DNA from: an uncultured Verrucomicrobiae bacterium
Lineage (GTDB): Bacteria > Verrucomicrobiota > Verrucomicrobiia > Chthoniobacterales > Chthoniobacteraceae
DNA: 64,000 bases
Assembly: GCA_963836755.1 (NCBI GenBank)
Contig: CAWIKF010000002.1
Coordinates: 416,001 to 480,000, forward strand
Reading direction: 5' to 3'
Notes under the pieces: generated by a model
Database searches by the model: none
Told to the model about the DNA's origin: nothing
Seen by the model: the letters and a program-made list of their open reading frames with translations, nothing else
Shown here: positions 1 through 9,882 of the stretch, piece by piece
Numbering within the stretch: the first letter of the stretch is position 1
Layout: each line of letters starts with the position of its first letter
Program-made: the position numbers and the translations under genes

Positions 1-1
1 T

Positions 2-82
2 CGCACCCTGCTCAAATACAAGCTTCACACCGACCAGGAGCTGTTCGATAAGGCTTACGGCTACATCCGGCAATATTATTGA
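2..82 (+). CDS. hsdR: 3' end of a probable type I restriction endonuclease R subunit (partial, runs in from the left edge)
   Basis: Frame 2 reads RTLLKYKLHTDQELFDKAYGYIRQYY* (TGA 80-82), matching a C-terminus I recall from a type I HsdR subfamily; only 26 aa are visible. Confidence 0.6.
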   Translation, partial: RTLLKYKLHTDQELFDKAYGYIRQYY

Positions 83-209
83 GGCCTCCGAGGGCTCGCT
101 TCCGTCGCGGTAAATCGCGTCGAGCAGACTGGCTGCATTTCGGTCAGCCCCCCGGATTCCACGTGACCCAGACGTGCCGATATCTCCCGTGTAGAAAGGG
201 GTCATATTG

Positions 210-620
210 TCATTCCATCTTTTGCTTCTCCCGATCGTAGGCAGTGGTGATGTAGGCGGCGGCGTTGCCTCCGCCCGCCGCTTTTTCGGCCGGTGTCTTA
301 GCTTTCCAATCGGATACCGCAAGCGCCATTGCCCGTCTGGTCAACTTCAAGCGCTTCATCCACATTGCACCGTTCGTGGCCATTTCCCGCGGGCCGACAG
401 CGTTGCAGAGGTCCCGCCAGACTTCATCATCGATAGTCTCCTCAGTTCTCGCGAACGTGGCAGGAGCGACCGTTCCAAGGCTCTCGGTGCTCTGCCGGTG
501 AGTCGAATCCTTCCCACTCGACTGAGCCCGAATTGATGGCGCACAAACAGTCGGCGAACCCTTCCAGAGCGACCTGGCTTCGCGCGCGCTGAGACTCGGT
601 ATTTTGAGTCCTCTTTTCAT
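210..620 (-). CDS. Hypothetical protein, possibly the detached C-terminal part of the HTH replication protein
   Basis: 136-aa ORF ending in a helical segment (NGAMWMKRL...AAAYITTAY) resembling Rep C-terminal domains; lies just downstream of the frameshifted HTH gene. Confidence 0.45.
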   Translation of the reverse strand: MKRGLKIPSLSAREARSLWKGSPTVCAPSIRAQSSGKDSTHRQSTESLGTVAPATFARTEETIDDEVWRDLCNAVGPREMATNGAMWMKRLKLTRRAMALAVSDWKAKTPAEKAAGGGNAAAYITTAYDREKQKME

Positions 621-649
621 ACCTCTTTTCGTGTGAACTCAGTTCACAC
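610..649. repeat. Direct repeat CCTCTTTTC x2 plus perfect 9-bp inverted repeat GTGTGAACT-C-AGTTCACAC
   Basis: CCTCTTTTC at 610-618 and 622-630; palindrome at 631-649. Confidence 0.85.
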
Positions 650-1055
650 TTCTCCGCCTTCCCGCATCCACGGATGTTTGAGGAAACGATACCGTTTAAC
701 GCCTCCCCTTCCAGTTCCGTCCCGCTCGATAAGATGGCGATTCTCTAGGGAAATTAACGATATTCGATGATCTGCGGCTTCGACTGATCCCAACCTGGTT
801 CGCGATCGTCGAATGCGAGGCCCACACGACGCCGTGATTACCCGCGAAAAAAACTAGCCGTGCATATACCAGCTTTTCTCCTGGCGTTGCCTCCGGCCTG
901 GAGAGCAGCCACAGCGGTAGCGGCGCATAAAGCTCATGCTGCTTCTGCGGGATGATGCGCTCGCGCGGCCATGCGCACTCTAGCGGGGCCTTGCACAGCT
1001 TGTTGTATTCGCGCGGCTCCACCGGCTCGTCGTGGGCTCCGGCAACCGTCAGCAT
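640..1055 (-). pseudogene. Winged-HTH replication-initiator-like gene with frameshift(s)
   Basis: ORF 696-1055 has PLWLLSRPEATPGEKLVYARLVFFAGNHGVVWASHSTIANQVGISRS. The expected wing (SLENRHLIERDGTGRGGVKRYRFLKHPWM) continues in another frame from about 755 to 660. Confidence 0.6.
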
Positions 1056-1396
1056 TTTCTGCGCGGCATTGAGGGCGCGTTTGTTTGCGTCCCGAGCCTT
1101 GTCATTCGCCGCGCCGGCTCTGAATGATCAGCGCGATAGTAGAGAGGAAAGATTGCTTGTCCTTCTTCTGTATTTTGCCGAAACCAGGAACGCGCGTGAA
1201 ATACCGTCCCTTGGCTTTGCATTGTGCCAATGATTGACACGTTGCCACCAAGCCCAATCGTCAGCGTGCCATCTGCATTTTCGACATACTCGACATCGAC
1301 ACCATTCGCGCCCCGAAAAACCTTCTGGCGGTTGGTTGCGAGGTCTGGCGCTTCGTCTACGGTGAAGAGCGGGAGCTGGGCGGGCTGTGAACTCAC
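1049..1396 (-). CDS. Hypothetical element protein, probably frameshifted in its 3' half
   Basis: GTG start overlaps the stop of the upstream HTH gene (GTGA). Alternative frames give protein-like continuations (FTRVPGFGKIQKKDKQSFLSTIALII; AANDKARDANKRALNAAQKML). Confidence 0.45.
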   Translation of the reverse strand: MSSQPAQLPLFTVDEAPDLATNRQKVFRGANGVDVEYVENADGTLTIGLGGNVSIIGTMQSQGTVFHARSWFRQNTEEGQAIFPLYYRADHSEPARRMTRLGTQTNAPSMPRRKC

Positions 1397-1707
1397 GCCG
1401 TGCGCTTGGCGGGTTTGCCGGTGGGGAGGGCTGGTTTGGTGTTCGCCTTTGGATTGGTGAACTGGCGGCTAAATTCGCCGCGTGCCGCGCGATAATTGAA
1501 CTCGAGGATGGACTCGTGCGGCACATAATGCCGCCCGGCGATGTTAACCGTTTTGATCCAGCCACGTTTGCGAAATCTCCATCCGCTCACGGGCGAAAGC
1601 CCCATCTCAGCAAGAAATTTGTCAAGGCTGACGGGTGGATGCGCCTCTCCCGTCGTTAAGCACAACCGGGCTTTCGTCTCAATTCTTTGCGTAGCTGCGT
1701 TGAGCAT
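1393..1707 (-). CDS. Excisionase/AlpA-like small HTH DNA-binding protein
   Basis: SLDKFLAEMGLSPVSGWRFRKRGWIKTVNIAGRHYV fits a MerR/Xis-type winged HTH; located near the integrase. Confidence 0.7.
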   Translation of the reverse strand: MLNAATQRIETKARLCLTTGEAHPPVSLDKFLAEMGLSPVSGWRFRKRGWIKTVNIAGRHYVPHESILEFNYRAARGEFSRQFTNPKANTKPALPTGKPAKRTA

Positions 1708-1776
1708 CGCGACATTTCATGTCAGGAGCTCTCTGAACACAAATAGACATGGTGAACTTTTATATCTACCTGAGGA

Positions 1777-2359
1777 TCAGTCACAAAATTTAAGTCCAAG
1801 ATTAGCTGCATCCTTCCAAAGTTGACCTCGCGGCCCCATTGAATGAGGATATCTTGGGCACAGGGCCTTAAATTCGTCTCTCCATTCCGCACGCGTAGGG
1901 AACTCACCGCGATTCCCACACCTGACGTAATTCCAAGAGCGAATCATTTCATTGCTCTGTTTATCAACGTAACCCCCAGGAACCTTCGAGCGGTCGATCA
2001 CATCGGCAACCGAGCGGAAAAAATCAGCATTCCGTTGTCTCAACGCTTCGATGAAATCCGTTAAGAGCTCTGCCACGGGTTTCTCGCACTCTAATCGTCG
2101 CGGGTGGAATGGGACGTTTGCCTCCTTCATATAGCAGTCGGAAGTGCATGGCTACTTGATCCATGGGATCCTTGCTTTTTTGGGCTTGCCGGATTTCTTT
2201 GGGCGAAGGTGGTGGCAAAACGGGATGCAAGAAATCCAGTGCTGTATAAGTCTTCCGCGCGAGCTCATCAAACCTTCCCAACTTCACGTTCAATTCACTA
2301 TCACGAAAAGATTGAGAGGCCGCCGGCGCACCTTTCCGATTGATAAATTTAGGTTTCAT
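1777..2359 (-). pseudogene. Hypothetical gene split into two overlapping ORFs (2024-2359 and 1777-2130)
   Basis: Starts 3 bp after the integrase stop; protein-like sequence switches frame near 2130. Confidence 0.5.
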
Positions 2360-2362
2360 GAG

Positions 2363-3571
2363 TCACGCGACAGCAACAACACCTAAACCAAAGTTTAGTC
2401 GTCGGGCGGCCTGCCGACGATGATCTTGCAGCAGATGCCCATAAACTTTCCCGACCAGGATTCCCCCGTCTTTATGCCCCATCCAGGCGGCGATGGTCAT
2501 AAAATCGAGTCCTGCCATGACGCAAAAGCTGGCGAACCAGTGGCGAAGATCATGAAAGCCTACCCATTCCAGGTTCGCAGCCGCGCGCGCCAACCGGAGG
2601 CTTTCGCGAAAGGTGCGGGCATGTTCATCGCGAGAGCCGCGCTGAGGCGAGGGGAAGAGCCATGAGCAATCGGGCGCACGACGCGCGGCCATGTCACGCA
2701 GTAAAGCGCCGAGCCGTTCGTTGAACTCCACCTCCCGGGTCTCGCGATTCTTCGAGACGCCCCCGGCCCCGATGAGCACGCGTTCTTCAGCGAAATCCAC
2801 ATCCACCCAACGCACCTTGAGCGCTTCCTGTTCCCGCGCGCCGCTGTAGGCAAGGAATCGCAGGTAGTCGGCGAACTGCACCGCATTCTTCGCGCACGCG
2901 ATTGGCACCGCGGCGAGCAATCGCTCGAATTCTGCCGGCGTGAGCAATCCGCGCTTCGGCGACTCGGGTTCTTTGAGTTTTTTCAGTTTGAGTGAAATCA
3001 AATCGGCTTCGCGCAAATAACCGTCATCGACTGCACGCTTAAGCACATTGCGCAGCGCGACCTGATCGAGGTTCACCGTGCGCGGCGAGAGGCCGGCCCG
3101 CAGCCGCTTGTCCTTGAAGCTGGCAATCATCGGTGTGGCGATGCGGTCAATGCGCACATCCCCCAAGTGCCGAATCCAACGATCGAGTGCCTGCCGTTCG
3201 TTTTCGAGCGTGCCAGGTTTTTTCTGCGCGATCTCGGCTTTGCCGAAATACGTTTCGACGTAGGCAGCGAGCGTTGGCTTGTGCCCGCACGTCGGCAGTG
3301 CACGCTCGCGGCGGGCGTTGCGCAGAACATCCATCGCCTCCTTGGCTTCGTTGAGCGTCTCGACCGGCGCGCCATCGGCGGTGCTCAGGGGGAATTTGCG
3401 CGCTGTCTTTTTGCCGTCGTTGCGGTCCATCCAAAGCTGGCCGTAGAAGCGGCCGTTGCGGGAATAGATTCCCCGCACTCGGCGGTTGCGCGAATCGCGG
3501 ACGCCGATAAACTGCGCCGTATGTGGATGAGCTTCCTCCGACGTGTTTCTTTGCCTTTCGATGCATTTCAT
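2363..3571 (-). CDS. Tyrosine recombinase / phage integrase
   Basis: Catalytic motifs SGAR, FHDLRH, MGH and VYGHL; SAM-like core-binding region; 402 aa intact; adjacent to a tRNA. Confidence 0.95.
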   Translation of the reverse strand: MKCIERQRNTSEEAHPHTAQFIGVRDSRNRRVRGIYSRNGRFYGQLWMDRNDGKKTARKFPLSTADGAPVETLNEAKEAMDVLRNARRERALPTCGHKPTLAAYVETYFGKAEIAQKKPGTLENERQALDRWIRHLGDVRIDRIATPMIASFKDKRLRAGLSPRTVNLDQVALRNVLKRAVDDGYLREADLISLKLKKLKEPESPKRGLLTPAEFERLLAAVPIACAKNAVQFADYLRFLAYSGAREQEALKVRWVDVDFAEERVLIGAGGVSKNRETREVEFNERLGALLRDMAARRAPDCSWLFPSPQRGSRDEHARTFRESLRLARAAANLEWVGFHDLRHWFASFCVMAGLDFMTIAAWMGHKDGGILVGKVYGHLLQDHRRQAARRLNFGLGVVAVA

Positions 3572-3579
3572 GCCGTTGC

Positions 3580-3601
3580 TCTAGCACAAATTCTAGCACA
3601 A
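3580..3601. repeat. Tandem TCTAGCACAA x2 (12-bp period), candidate integrase arm-type sites
   Basis: Copies at 3580-3589 and 3592-3601, between the integrase start and the tRNA. Confidence 0.6.
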
Positions 3602-3630
3602 CCGCAAGCCATTTCCTTTTCTACAGAGAA

Positions 3631-3712
3631 GCCAGGGTGGCGAAATTGGCAGACGCGCCAGACTTAGGATCTGGTTCCGTAAGGAGTAGGGGTTCGAGTC
3701 CCCTCCCTGGCA
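3631..3712 (+). tRNA. tRNA-Leu (anticodon TAG)
   Basis: Acceptor stem GCCAGGG/CCCTGGC, D-loop AATTGGCAGA, anticodon arm CCAGA-CTTAGGA-TCTGG, long variable arm TCC-GTAA-GGA, T arm AGGGG-TTCGAGT-CCCCT; CCA not encoded. Confidence 0.97.
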
Positions 3713-3982
3713 CTTCTTCTGTAATTGCCCGGTGGGTGCAAGATGTCATGCTCCATCCCTATGCTTCCGATTAAGTTAGCCGCCAATGAATCTGTGGACA
3801 AAGTGCATGCTAATCCGGACCATCGATCAAATGACGTGCTTCGGAAGCACCACCACAAGGCGGTGCCCGAAAAGATTCGGAAAGGTTCTGGTCTATTCTT
3901 CTGAGGAGCGTCACTGACTTGAAAACGTTGGGAGCGAACGAAACCAAAACTTCAAGCTATTTGCTCCCGGACACGCCGCTGC

Positions 3983-4238
3983 ATGATGAGCCACGAGACA
4001 ACCGCCTCTCATCGGGAACCTGAAACAAAACAGACCGCTGCGAAGCACCCTTAGCTTTGGCGAGGCATTTCGATTCTGGCTAAAGCTAGGGTTTATCAGC
4101 TTCGGTGGGCCGACCGGGCAAATCGCGATCGTTCAAACCGAGCTTGTGGAAAAAAAGCGCTGGATCAGCCAGTCTCGATTTCTGCACGCGCTCAATTACT
4201 GCATGCTCCTGCCCGGCCCGGAAGTGCGCCGGCAGTGA
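3983..4238 (+). pseudogene. chrA: Chromate transporter ChrA N-terminal fragment
   Basis: [57 protein letters not shown], then a stop; extra base near 4051. Not present in the ORF track. Confidence 0.85.
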
Positions 4239-4640
4239 AGCCGCTGTTGTTGTCCACAATTGTGGGTGGGAAAAGGCAGATTTCCTGCGCACTGATCGCG
4301 GCGGTTCGTGATTGGTTCCCGCCAGTGCCACGTTTAGATTTTGTTGCCCTGAGGAATATGTATGACTTTGTTGCAATCATACTTAATCTGCTAGTTTTCC
4401 TGCCGAGTATATCTCCGTTTGGGTTCACTCGCTTTTGATCGGACCTCCATTTTTGCACGATCAGAAAATCACAGTTTCATCGAGATTGGTTGAGCGAGTG
4501 GCTGTCGCCGCGGCACTTCTTCATCTACTATTCCGCTGCACAGCATCTGGAGAATCACCTATGACGACTGGAGGAGCGCGGTCGCTAGGAGACGAATCTA
4601 CCAAAAAGCGGTTTTGCGCGCGTCCTTCACCTCGCAAGCT

Positions 4641-5400
4641 TCACTTGCGCGCGAGTAACTGACTTATGACCGGTTCCATCGCGTCTGCCCAAAGCTGGTA
4701 ACCGGAGAGGTCAGGATGTAGGCGGTCGCTGCCAAGGCCTTTCCAGTTCACGTCGTTGGTGCCGTCAGGTTTGGTGGTCGTGACTGGAGGCATGAGCGGA
4801 ACCAGATCCAGCCAGTAGACGGATTTGCCGTCGGCAAAATTCTTGATGAGAGCATTTGCCGCCATCATTTTCTCCTGCGCGCGCTGATTGGGCATGATGC
4901 TGACAAGAATCGTCTGCACGCTCGGGAAATTCGGTCTGGGTTCGGACGATGACGGCCTTGACGCCGTCGGCGATCTGCTGTGGCGTGTCTTTGGTATTGT
5001 TGGTGCCGATGAGGAGGACAGCCACTTTGGGATGCAGCCCGGTGAGGTCCACATGGTCGAACCGCCAGAGGACATTTTGGGTCGTGTCGGCGAAGACGCC
5101 AAAATTGAGAGCGTGTCGCATGGCGTAAGCTTTGTCCCAGACGGCCTTGCCCGGCCCGAGCCAGCGGTCGGTGATCGAATCGCCGATGAAAATGATGTCG
5201 CACGGCTGGCCCTTGATCGCCGCCATGCGCGCTTGGAGTGCTTTCCAAGGCCCGGGCTTGCTAATGTAGCGGACGTTCATTGCGGGCTTTGTCGAATCTT
5301 CGCCAGCGGGGAGAGGAGCTGGCGCTGTCGCCGTTTGCGCGCAGAGCACCAGCGGCCAGAGGAGAAGAATGGCGTAGGCGGAGAGCGTCCGGACTTTCAT
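4641..5400 (-). pseudogene. Secreted SGNH/GDSL hydrolase, frameshifted
   Basis: Signal peptide, IGDSIT and IGTNN lie in ORF 4765-5400; catalytic DRLHP lies in ORF 4641-5102; frame switch near 4925 in a short C run. Confidence 0.85.
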
Positions 5401-5659
5401 GGTGAGATCTAAGCTCAGCTGCGTCCCGGGCGCAATCTTGACCGGATGCGTTGCGCAGCCTAGACGAAGATTTTATTGTGCTCGCCGATTGAGCTTACGG
5501 TGACCTATAAAACGGTTTGTCTTTCGCCCGCCAAAGTGTCCAACGCCGAGAACTTCCCTCGTTACCCGTAACAATCCCGAGTTGCCCGCAAATGTGTTGC
5601 CTGGTGATTCGTGCATCAAAAGCACTTGAAGTGTGGACCCGCCTCCTTCGCCTCGCACC

Positions 5660-7003
5660 ATGAATATCTACCCCCGCTCCCTTCTGCTCCCCATTTCCAT
5701 CTTGCTCGCGCTCATGGATACCTCGCGCGCAGCGGACTACTATGTCGCTCCGCAAGGCAATGACTCACAGGCCGGGACGGTGGCCGCGCCTTTTGGCAGC
5801 ATTGCACGGGCGCAAGAGGCGGCGCAGCCGGGAGATACGGTTTACTTTCGGGGTGGGCTCTACCAAATCCCCGAAGAGGAGATCGGACGGAAGCAGGGCA
5901 TTTTCGCCTATGTTTTCGAGATGAACAAAAGCGGCCGGGGCGGGACGCCGATCAGGTATTGGGCTTACAAGGAGGAGAAGCCGGTCTTCGATTTTTCCCA
6001 GGTGAAAGCGGAGGGACTGCGGATCATAGCCTTCAATGTCACGGGCTCTTGGCTTCACTTCCGGGGGCTAGAAGTCGTCGGCGTGCAGGTGACGATGAAG
6101 ACGCATACGCAGTCCGAGTGTTTCGAGAACCACGGAAGCGACAACATCTATGAGCGGCTGAGCATGCATGACGGGCAGGCGATCGGTTGGTATCTAGTCA
6201 GTGGATCGAACAATCTGGTGCTGAACTGCGACGCCTATCGGAACTATGACTACACCTCGGAAGGTGGATCGGGCGGCAACGTGGACGGGTTTGGCTGCCA
6301 TCCGCGCAAGGGTAGCACAGGGAACGTGCTGAGGGGATGCCGCGCGTGGCTGAATAGCGACGACGGCTATGATTGTATCACCGCTTGCGAAGCAGTGACG
6401 TTCGACCATTGCTGGGCCTTCTATAATGGGTTCTCAGGGAACTTCATCAGCCGCGGAGATGGGAATGGCTTTAAGGCCGGAGGATGGGCGCGGACTCAGA
6501 CGGCGCGGCTGCCACATCCGTTCCCGCGGCATACGGTGCGCTTCTGTCTGGCGGTAGGGAATAAGGCGAACGGGTTTTACGCCAACCATTCCCTCCAGGG
6601 AGGCGATTGGTTCGATAACACGGCGTTCCGGAACGGAAATAACTTCAACATGGTGGAAAGGGTAAACGATCCGGACGGAATTCATTTTGACATCAACGTG
6701 CCGGGCGCGGGGCAGAAGATGAAGAACAACCTCGGCTACAAGGGGCGCTCGGAGGTGACCTCTTTGAACCGGGCCGAGAGCGATATCAGTTACAACTACT
6801 TTACTTTGGATGTGCAGGTGACGGACAAGGATTTCGTCAGCTTGGACGAGAGCCAGCTGACGCGGCCCCGGCAGGCTGACGGGAGTTTGCCGGAAGTGAC
6901 CTTCATGCACCTGGCGGAAGGGAGCAAGCTGGTCGACGCCGGAGTCGATATCGGCTTTCCGTTCCACGGGAAAGCGCCGGATTTGGGATGTTTTGAGCAG
7001 TAG
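5660..7003 (+). CDS. Secreted right-handed beta-helix polysaccharide lyase (PL9, PelL-like)
   Basis: Signal peptide, YYVAPQGND, NVDGFG, NSDDGYD, GDGNGFKAGG, C-terminal APDLGCFE. Confidence 0.85.
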   Translation: MNIYPRSLLLPISILLALMDTSRAADYYVAPQGNDSQAGTVAAPFGSIARAQEAAQPGDTVYFRGGLYQIPEEEIGRKQGIFAYVFEMNKSGRGGTPIRYWAYKEEKPVFDFSQVKAEGLRIIAFNVTGSWLHFRGLEVVGVQVTMKTHTQSECFENHGSDNIYERLSMHDGQAIGWYLVSGSNNLVLNCDAYRNYDYTSEGGSGGNVDGFGCHPRKGSTGNVLRGCRAWLNSDDGYDCITACEAVTFDHCWAFYNGFSGNFISRGDGNGFKAGGWARTQTARLPHPFPRHTVRFCLAVGNKANGFYANHSLQGGDWFDNTAFRNGNNFNMVERVNDPDGIHFDINVPGAGQKMKNNLGYKGRSEVTSLNRAESDISYNYFTLDVQVTDKDFVSLDESQLTRPRQADGSLPEVTFMHLAEGSKLVDAGVDIGFPFHGKAPDLGCFEQ

Positions 7004-7420
7004 CAGCGGCGGTGGCAGTGCGGAATGATTCCGCGGTGCCCACCATCTGCTCCGCTTGATGCTTGCGATAGACGCACGTCAGCCTCACTGCTTCGGCCGG
7101 ATCAATCTCCGCTACCTACAACATTGCCCGACCACTACGGAATTCTGTAACGGCTCGAGAAGGGCCGCACCGAGACAATGCGCGGGGAAGCCGTTTCTGA
7201 TCGCGATTCTTGGATTCCAGTGGCATCCGGCACGTGCAGTCCCGTAGCGAATGGTGTTGAGGCCGGCATTGTATAGACTGGAACGCGCAACGCTGGAGGT
7301 ATCTGCGGCATTTTCTCTCTTCTAGTAGAATTTTTCCCTTTGACCTATTTTTGCATTACTCTCCTCTTGGCATCTTACCCCAACGACAAGCTGTATATCT
7401 TAGCTTGAGACTTTCTCTAA

Positions 7421-7851
7421 ATGACTAGACTCCTTTTCTCCGCCAGTTCTTTTTCGGCGCTCTCATCCTCTCTTTCGGGATCTCAACGCGAGCCGACAAT
7501 GTGAGCCCTAGTTTTCCTCCAGTCGACAGTGAGCCGCTCGGCACGGTGAGTTCCGGAGCTATCGTGTTGCACGATAAGTGGCAAATGCGGGAAGAGGCCA
7601 TCGTGGGCGATCACGGCGAGACGTTTTCCTCTCCCACGTTCGATGCAGCGGGCTGGTATCCGGCGACCGTGACCATCGCGAGAAAGGCCAGGGTTCGCAT
7701 TTTCGGTCGCATTCTTCCCGGCAATAGGGCACTGCTGCATGTCAGTAGCGAGGTCGGGTTCGCACTTCGTTTTAACCCGGCCGATGACGAATGGGAAGCG
7801 GAACTGGACTTGCGGCCGAAGGAAATCAAGCGAGACATTCACGCGCTATGA
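7421..7851 (+). pseudogene. Chimeric remnant: N-terminus of a secreted GH2-like glycosidase joined to a GNAT-like C-terminus
   Basis: Frameshifted signal peptide from ATG 7421, then IVLHDKWQMRE...FDAAGWYPATV (GH2-type start), then abruptly IARKARVRIFGRILPGNRALLHVSSEVGF (GNAT-type end). Confidence 0.55.
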
Positions 7852-9783
7852 ATCTAGCCGCCAGCGGCTCGGCGAACGGCGCGGGGCCAACGCTGAGTCA
7901 AAGAGCCACGGCCAGCTCGGTCCTGGTATTCGCCATCCGGTCTCTGGCACCGCAAGACCACGATCATCGCGGCGCTTTCCATCGTGGGCATCCTGATGCA
8001 TCTGGTCCTCCGCTTCGGCTTCCAGACAACTCCGGAAACCTACCAGGTTCCCTTACTCGCCACGCTTATCCTCGGCGGGCTGCCGCTTCTCTATGACCTG
8101 CTGCGGAAACTCCTGAAGCGGGAGTTTGGTTCCGATCTTCTCGGCGGTATTTCCATCATTACTTCCGTGCTGCTGGGCGAATACCTGGCGGGCTCGATCA
8201 TCGTGCTGATGCTCGCCGGCGGTGAAGCGCTGGAGAGTTACGCCTTGCGCAGCGCCTCCTCGGTGCTGGCCGCGCTCGCGAAACGGATGCCGTCGGTCGC
8301 TCATCGCAAAAGCGAAACGAAATTGCTGGATGTGGCGCTGGCAGAGATTGCGGTGGGTGACACGCTGGTGATTTACCCGCACGAGATTTGTCCGGCGGAT
8401 GGCGTGGTCATCGACGGCCACGGAGTCATGGATGAATCCTATCTCACGGGCGAGCCGTTCCAGATCACCAAGACCTCGGGCTCGACGGTGATCTCAGGCG
8501 CGATCAACGGCGAGTCGGCGCTGATCATTCGCACGACGCAGCGCGCCGCCGATTCGCGCTACGCGAAAATCATGGAAGTGATGCGCGAGTCGGAGAGCAA
8601 GCGGCCGCAGTTGCAGCGCTTGGGCGATCAACTGGGCGCGATCTACACGCCGGTGGCGCTGCTCGTGGCCGTGTTAGCCTGGGTGCTCAGTGGTGAATCG
8701 ATTCGGTTCCTGGCGGTGTTGGTCATTGCCACGCCGTGCCCTTTGCTGCTCGCGATTCCCATCGCCATCATCGGCTCGATTTCCCTCTGCGCGCGGCGGG
8801 CGATCATCGTCAAGACTCCCGTGGTGCTCGAACAAATCGCCGGATGCCGCACCGCGATCTTCGACAAGACCGGCACGCTTACTTATGGCGAGCCGAAGCT
8901 AACGGAGCAACTCATCGCTCCGGGTTTCGACCAAAAGGAAGTGCTGACGCTCGTGGCGAGTCTGGAGCGCTACTCGAAGCATCCATTGGCGCGCGCTATT
9001 CTCGCCGCGGCGAAGGAGGCTGGCATCGCACTCCCCGAGGCGACCGAAGTAGGTGAGGAGCCGGGTCACGGATTGCGTGGCACCGTGTCCGGCCATCATT
9101 TGCAGATCACCAGCCGCAACAAACTGCTCACGCAGAATGTGGCCGGTGCCGGGCTTCTCCCGGCGCTCGCCGGTGGTCTCGAATGTGTGGTGGTGATTGA
9201 CGACCATTACGCGGCGGCTTTGCGCTTTCGGGATGCGCCGCGCGCGGAGAGCCGCTCGTTCGTGAGCCACCTCGGACCGAAGCATCACTTCGCGCGCGTG
9301 ATGATTGTTTCGGGAGATCGCGAATCGGAAGTGCGCTATCTCGCCGAGCAGGTCGGCATTACCGAAATCTTCGCGCAGCAAAGCCCGGAAGAGAAACTCG
9401 CCCTCGTCCGCGAGGAAACGGCGAAAGCGAAAACCCTCTACGTTGGCGATGGCATCAATGACGCCCCGGCCATGATGGCCGCCACGGTCGGCATGGCGAT
9501 CGGACAAAATAGCGACGTAACCGCCGAAGCGGCGGGCGTGGTGGTCATGGATAACTCCCTCAGGAAGGTGGACGAGTTCATGCACATCAGCCGCCGGATG
9601 CGGATCATCGCACTTCAAAGCGCGGTGGGCGGCATGGCGCTGAGCGTCATCGGCATGATCTTCGCCGCCAGCGGTCATCTAAGTCCGGTAAGCGGTGCCA
9701 TCACGCAGGAGATCATCGACGTTCTCGCCGTATTGAACGCCCTGCGGGCAGCGTTTCCACCCAAGGTGATCCATGATCTGTAA
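7848..9783 (+). CDS. Heavy-metal P1B-type ATPase, P1B-5-like; 5' end apparently frameshifted
   Basis: DESYLTGE, TPCPL, DKTGTLT, HP, GDGIND, QEIID. ATG 7848 is out of frame with the main ORF 7984-9783. Confidence 0.88.
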
Positions 9784-9882
9784 GCTGTCTCGATGGCTGT
9801 GGGCTGGTGCAGGGGCACTCGCGTTTGTCGCGGGCATCGTCAATGTCGTTGGCCTGCTCGGCTTCGAGCATCAAGCGGTTAA
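9773..9882 (+). pseudogene. YoaK/DUF1275 membrane protein N-terminal fragment
   Basis: MICKLSRWLWAGAGALAFVAGIVNVVGLLGFEHQAV, followed by unrelated sequence. Confidence 0.65.

Larger units (their letters stand above)
1..3630. mobile_element. Right end of an integrative (phage-satellite-like) element abutting the 5' end of tRNA-Leu
   Basis: Co-oriented minus-strand integrase, hypothetical, excisionase-like HTH and HTH replication-like genes; tandem repeats between integrase and tRNA; probable hsdR cargo. The left boundary lies outside the window. Confidence 0.75.

Noticed and set aside
640..800. Programmed ribosomal frameshift in the Rep-like gene
   Set aside because: No clear slippery heptamer, and several independent shifts seem required; decay or sequencing error is simpler.
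7310..7480. Pyrimidine-rich tract as an ncRNA or repeat
   Set aside because: Explained by an AT-rich promoter region plus a Leu/Phe/Ser-rich signal peptide; no convincing fold.
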